From: an uncultured Sulfitobacter sp.
Lineage (GTDB): Bacteria; Pseudomonadota; Alphaproteobacteria; Rhodobacterales; Rhodobacteraceae
Length of the DNA stretch: 64,000 nt
Assembly: GCA_964636575.1 (NCBI GenBank)
Contig: CAZWSE010000001.1
Span: forward strand, 36,669-100,668
Direction: 5' to 3'
Shown piece after piece: positions 60,754-64,000 of this stretch. Made by a program: the position numbers and the translations under genes. Below the pieces are notes generated by a model. It made no database searches, had not been told where the DNA came from, and saw only the letters and a program-made list of their open reading frames with translations. Within the stretch, counting starts at the first letter, position 1, and every line of letters begins with the position of its first letter.

Positions 60754-61590
60754 ATGAGTGCGCAGACAGATGTCGCGCCAATTATCATCAAGAAGAAAAA
60801 AGTTTCCGGCGGTGACGGGCACCATGGTGGTGCCTGGAAGGTTGCATATGCAGACTTCGTAACCGCGATGATGGCTTTCTTCATGTTGATGTGGCTGTTG
60901 AATGCGACGACAGAAAAACAACGTAAAGGGATCGCGGATTACTTTTCTCCGACGATTGCGGTTGCTCGGGTGTCGGGTGGTGGCGATGGAGCCTTTGGTG
61001 GCGACAGTGTGTTCACCGAGAAGACGTTGCCCAAAAACGGTACTGGTGCGACGTCGCTGAATGCAACGTCCTCCGATATGTCCAGCGGCGGTATGGAAAC
61101 AAACGTCGATGCCGACGGTGAGGCCGAAGCTTTCAAAGAGGTCGAATCCGCCCTAATGGGCCGTGGTGGTGAATCCATGGTTATGGACAACCAGCGCCGA
61201 CACATCGTGACACGTGTTACGGATGAAGGTTTGGTGATTGAGCTGTTCTCTCTTGATGACACACCGTTGTTTGAAGGCGAAACATCGACCCCAACCCCGA
61301 TGATGGAAGAGCTTGCCCTGATCGTTTCGGATGTGTCTCAGATTGTAACCAATCCGATTGCCGTCGAAGGTCATGTGCGGTCAGTTCCGGTTGTTGTTCA
61401 ATCAAATCCTGTGTGGAGCCTTTCATCTGATCGCGCGATGGCGGTTCGATCTTTGCTGGAAACCTCTGGAATCACGCACAAACGCACCGCGCGGGTCACA
61501 GGCCATGCTGATCGAAATCTGATGACGCCTGATCCGATGGCCATCCGAAATGACCGGATCGAGATCATCTTTCTGCGGACCAACATATGA
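60754..61590 (+). CDS. motB: Flagellar motor stator protein MotB-like
   Basis: GAWKVAYADFVTAMMAFFMLMWLL is the MotB N-terminal/plug-TM block. The C-terminus is a weak OmpA-like domain. AGGTGG RBS before the ATG at 60754. Confidence 0.75.
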   Translation: MSAQTDVAPIIIKKKKVSGGDGHHGGAWKVAYADFVTAMMAFFMLMWLLNATTEKQRKGIADYFSPTIAVARVSGGGDGAFGGDSVFTEKTLPKNGTGATSLNATSSDMSSGGMETNVDADGEAEAFKEVESALMGRGGESMVMDNQRRHIVTRVTDEGLVIELFSLDDTPLFEGETSTPTPMMEELALIVSDVSQIVTNPIAVEGHVRSVPVVVQSNPVWSLSSDRAMAVRSLLETSGITHKRTARVTGHADRNLMTPDPMAIRNDRIEIIFLRTNI

Positions 61591-61688
61591 TCGCAAATAG
61601 AGAGCATTTTATATGTTAGCCCCAAATTAACGGGGCGCCCTTATCTGATGAACCCAAGATTAGTTCGGTACATCAGAAAGGCGTATCC

Positions 61689-62987
61689 ATGACCATTTCC
61701 TCTTCTTTGAACGCAGGCGTTGCAGGCTTGTCGGCAAATGCCACACGTTTGGCTTCCATTTCAGACAACATCTCAAACGCGTCGACCTTCGGGTACAAGC
61801 GCGTCGAGACTGACTTTCATTCGATGGTGATTTCATCAACTGGTGGGTCTTATTCTGCCGGCGGTGTGCGCGCGACAACCCAGCGTTTGGTTGATGAACG
61901 CGGTCCATTGGTTACTTCCGCGAACGCGACCGACTTGGCGGTTCGGGGCAGGGGCTTGTTGCCGGTTGCGCAAGCCTCAGAGGTTGAGGTGGGGAATGGT
62001 GAAAACCAAATGTTCCTGACCACAACGGGTTCATTCCGCACTGACGCTGACGGATATCTGCGGACCCAATCCGGTTTGGTTCTGTTGGGTTGGCCCGCGG
62101 CAGCAGATGGGACAATTCCCACATATCCACGGGACACATCCGATGGGCTAGAGCCTGTTCAAATTAATGTAAATCAGTTCTCCGGTGAACCAACAACGCA
62201 GATGACCCTTGGGATCAACCTGCCAGCAACTGAAACGGACCCGACAAGCTCTGGTACGACACAGCAGTTGTCGGTTGAATACTACGACAACCTCGGCACG
62301 TCTGAAAATGTACTGATTGAATTCACGCCAGTGATTGACCCCGCAGGACCGACAAATCAGTGGAAAATGGTCTTGATGGACAGTGCTCAGCCCGGTGTTG
62401 TTATCGGGGACTATGATCTGGAGTTCACAGACAGTCGCGCTGCTGGTGGTACGCTTTTTGATGTGCAGACGAATGTTGGCGGGGGGTACGCGGCAGACGG
62501 AACAATCATCGTGAATGTTGCCGGTGGTCCGATGGAAATCAACATTGGCCAACTGGGGGACAACGATGGATTGACCCAACTCTCTGACAGCTTTGCTCCG
62601 GTTTCGATTTCCAAAGACGGGTCTCCGGTTGGGAACATGACCAGTGTTGAGGTCGATGCGAACGGCTACGTTCACGCGTTTTTTGATACAGGTATCACGC
62701 GCACCATCTATCAAGTTCCGCTTGTGGATTTGCCAAATCCGAACGGGATGGTGGCGCTGGATCACCAAACCTATTTGCCATCTCCTGAAAGCGGATCGTT
62801 CTTTCTGTGGGATGCGGGCGACGGTCCGACAGGTGATATTGTGGCCTTTGCACGCGAAGAATCCACAACTGATGTTGCGGGTGAGCTGACCGACATGATC
62901 CAAACGCAGCGGGCCTATTCTTCAAACGCCAAAGTCATTCAGACAGTGGACGAGATGTTGCAGGAAACGACGAACATCAAGCGATAA
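61689..62987 (+). CDS. flgE: Flagellar hook protein FlgE
   Basis: N-terminal rod/hook motif (LNAGVAGLSANATRLASISDNISNASTFGYK) and C-terminal QRAYSSNAKVIQTVDEML. Confidence 0.9.
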   Translation: MTISSSLNAGVAGLSANATRLASISDNISNASTFGYKRVETDFHSMVISSTGGSYSAGGVRATTQRLVDERGPLVTSANATDLAVRGRGLLPVAQASEVEVGNGENQMFLTTTGSFRTDADGYLRTQSGLVLLGWPAAADGTIPTYPRDTSDGLEPVQINVNQFSGEPTTQMTLGINLPATETDPTSSGTTQQLSVEYYDNLGTSENVLIEFTPVIDPAGPTNQWKMVLMDSAQPGVVIGDYDLEFTDSRAAGGTLFDVQTNVGGGYAADGTIIVNVAGGPMEINIGQLGDNDGLTQLSDSFAPVSISKDGSPVGNMTSVEVDANGYVHAFFDTGITRTIYQVPLVDLPNPNGMVALDHQTYLPSPESGSFFLWDAGDGPTGDIVAFAREESTTDVAGELTDMIQTQRAYSSNAKVIQTVDEMLQETTNIKR

Positions 62988-63023
62988 GCCACTGATCGTA
63001 GCTGCCTTAAAAAGGAGATCTGC

Positions 63024-64000
63024 ATGACCATTTCCAGTGCGATAAACAATGCCTTGTCCGGACTGCGCGCAGCAGGACGCGCGTCAGAACTTGTATCGAA
63101 CAACATCGCGAACTCGATGACAGAAGGATATGCGCGCAGAACGCTGTCGATTTCAGCCAATGCAACGGCGGGCATTGGTGGGGTTGCTGTGAACGGCATC
63201 ACCCGTCATGTGGACACCGCCTTACTGTCTGACACGCGGCTTGCTGCGGCCGAGAACGGATTTGCAACAGACACGGCCGCGTTCTTTGCGCGGTTCGAAG
63301 GGATCGTTGGGAATCCTGAAGATGCCTTTAGCCTAACGGGAAGATTGGCCGCCTTTGAAAGCAGTCTCGTGTCTGCCGCTAGTCGGCCGGATTCTCCTGA
63401 GCGGTTCACCCAAAGCGTTACCGCAGCCCGTGATATCGCGGCAACACTGAACACCGCATCGAATGATGTTCAGGCTTTGCGACAGGATGCTGACACAAGT
63501 ATTGCGTCGCAGGTCGAACGTCTAAATTCGGCTCTGCAACAGGTTCAAACGCTCAACAGCAGGATTACGTCCGCGACCGCGCAGGGCAGTGACACTGCAT
63601 CTTTGCAAGACCAGCGGCAACAAATCGTAGATGGCATCAGTGAAATGGTGTCCATTCGTCAGGTGCCGCGCGACAACGGACAAGTTGCGATCTATACGAC
63701 CGGCGGCGCGGTTCTGATCGATGGCAAAGCTGCGCAAATTGAATTTGAGCCAACGCGCACAATTGTTCCACACATGACGCAGGCCAACGGGCTGTTGTCT
63801 GGCATATCCATCAACGGAACGCCTGTGCGAACCGAAGGTGAGTTTGCGGCTTTGCGCGGCGGTACTTTGGCAGCGCAGTTCGACATTCGGGACAATTACG
63901 CTGTGCAGGCCCAAGACCAGCTTGATGCAGTCGCCCGTGATCTTGTGGAACGGTTTCAAGATCCTGCTGTTGATCCCACACTTGGGGTTGGTGACGCCGG
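63024..64000 (+). CDS. flgK: Flagellar hook-associated protein 1 FlgK (partial, continues past the window end)
   Basis: ATG at 63024 after AAAGGAG. Translation MTISSAINNALSGLRAAGRASELVSNNIANSMTEGYARR matches the FlgK N-terminus. No stop in the window, so it is absent from the ORF track. Confidence 0.85.
   Translation, partial: MTISSAINNALSGLRAAGRASELVSNNIANSMTEGYARRTLSISANATAGIGGVAVNGITRHVDTALLSDTRLAAAENGFATDTAAFFARFEGIVGNPEDAFSLTGRLAAFESSLVSAASRPDSPERFTQSVTAARDIAATLNTASNDVQALRQDADTSIASQVERLNSALQQVQTLNSRITSATAQGSDTASLQDQRQQIVDGISEMVSIRQVPRDNGQVAIYTTGGAVLIDGKAAQIEFEPTRTIVPHMTQANGLLSGISINGTPVRTEGEFAALRGGTLAAQFDIRDNYAVQAQDQLDAVARDLVERFQDPAVDPTLGVGDA

Noticed and set aside
1-64000. Mobile elements, prophage, CRISPR arrays, tRNA/rRNA genes and defence islands.
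   Set aside because: There are no transposase, integrase or Cas-like ORFs, no repeat-spacer arrays and no tRNA-like T-arm sequences (GGTTCGAATCC type). No non-coding gap exceeds 366 bp. Gene content is conserved core throughout.

Overview
Dense, almost entirely conserved core chromosome (about 60 CDS, very short intergenic gaps). Gene content and order point to a moderate-GC Roseobacter-group Rhodobacterales alphaproteobacterium; this taxon call is an inference from synteny and protein motifs, no search was run.

Gene content, in order:
- Left part: a response regulator/Hpt pair, ilvA, argG, msrA, mutS, hrcA-grpE, rph-rdgB-hemW.
- Origin-proximal block on the minus strand: parB-parA-rsmG-mnmG-mnmE-rho-hemJ.
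- A 366-bp AT-rich gap (22027-22392) that I interpret as oriC.
- maf-aroE-coaE-dnaQ, secB, fxsA, Tim44-like, mltA, smr, hslVU, trxA, addAB, murU-amgK-tsaE.
- The redox regulon regB / senC-regA, ahcY, and a run of small DUF genes.
- gpsA-tsaD, hemD, an alpha-Mic60-like and a HemY-like gene, and the edge of a flagellar cluster (motB, flgE, partial flgK).

I saw no rRNA, tRNA, CRISPR array, transposase, integrase or prophage signature.

Non-coding signals read directly from the sequence:
- Two perfect 16-bp parS palindromes inside rsmG and at the mnmG start.
- DnaA-box-like 9-mers and two direct parS half-sites in the putative oriC.
- Two perfect TTAA-N7-TTAAC (CtrA-type) boxes, one upstream of motB and one upstream of a PAS-only gene.
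- A five-copy, exactly 11-bp-periodic GTACAC array that fills the convergent gap after regA.
- Three clear intrinsic terminators.

I do not see a convincing novel multi-gene system such as a defence island or mobile cargo. The findings below are the best candidates for follow-up and are scored modestly. Start codons were refined by eye (RBS and homolog N-termini) and may be off. End coordinates include the stop codon, as in the ORF track.
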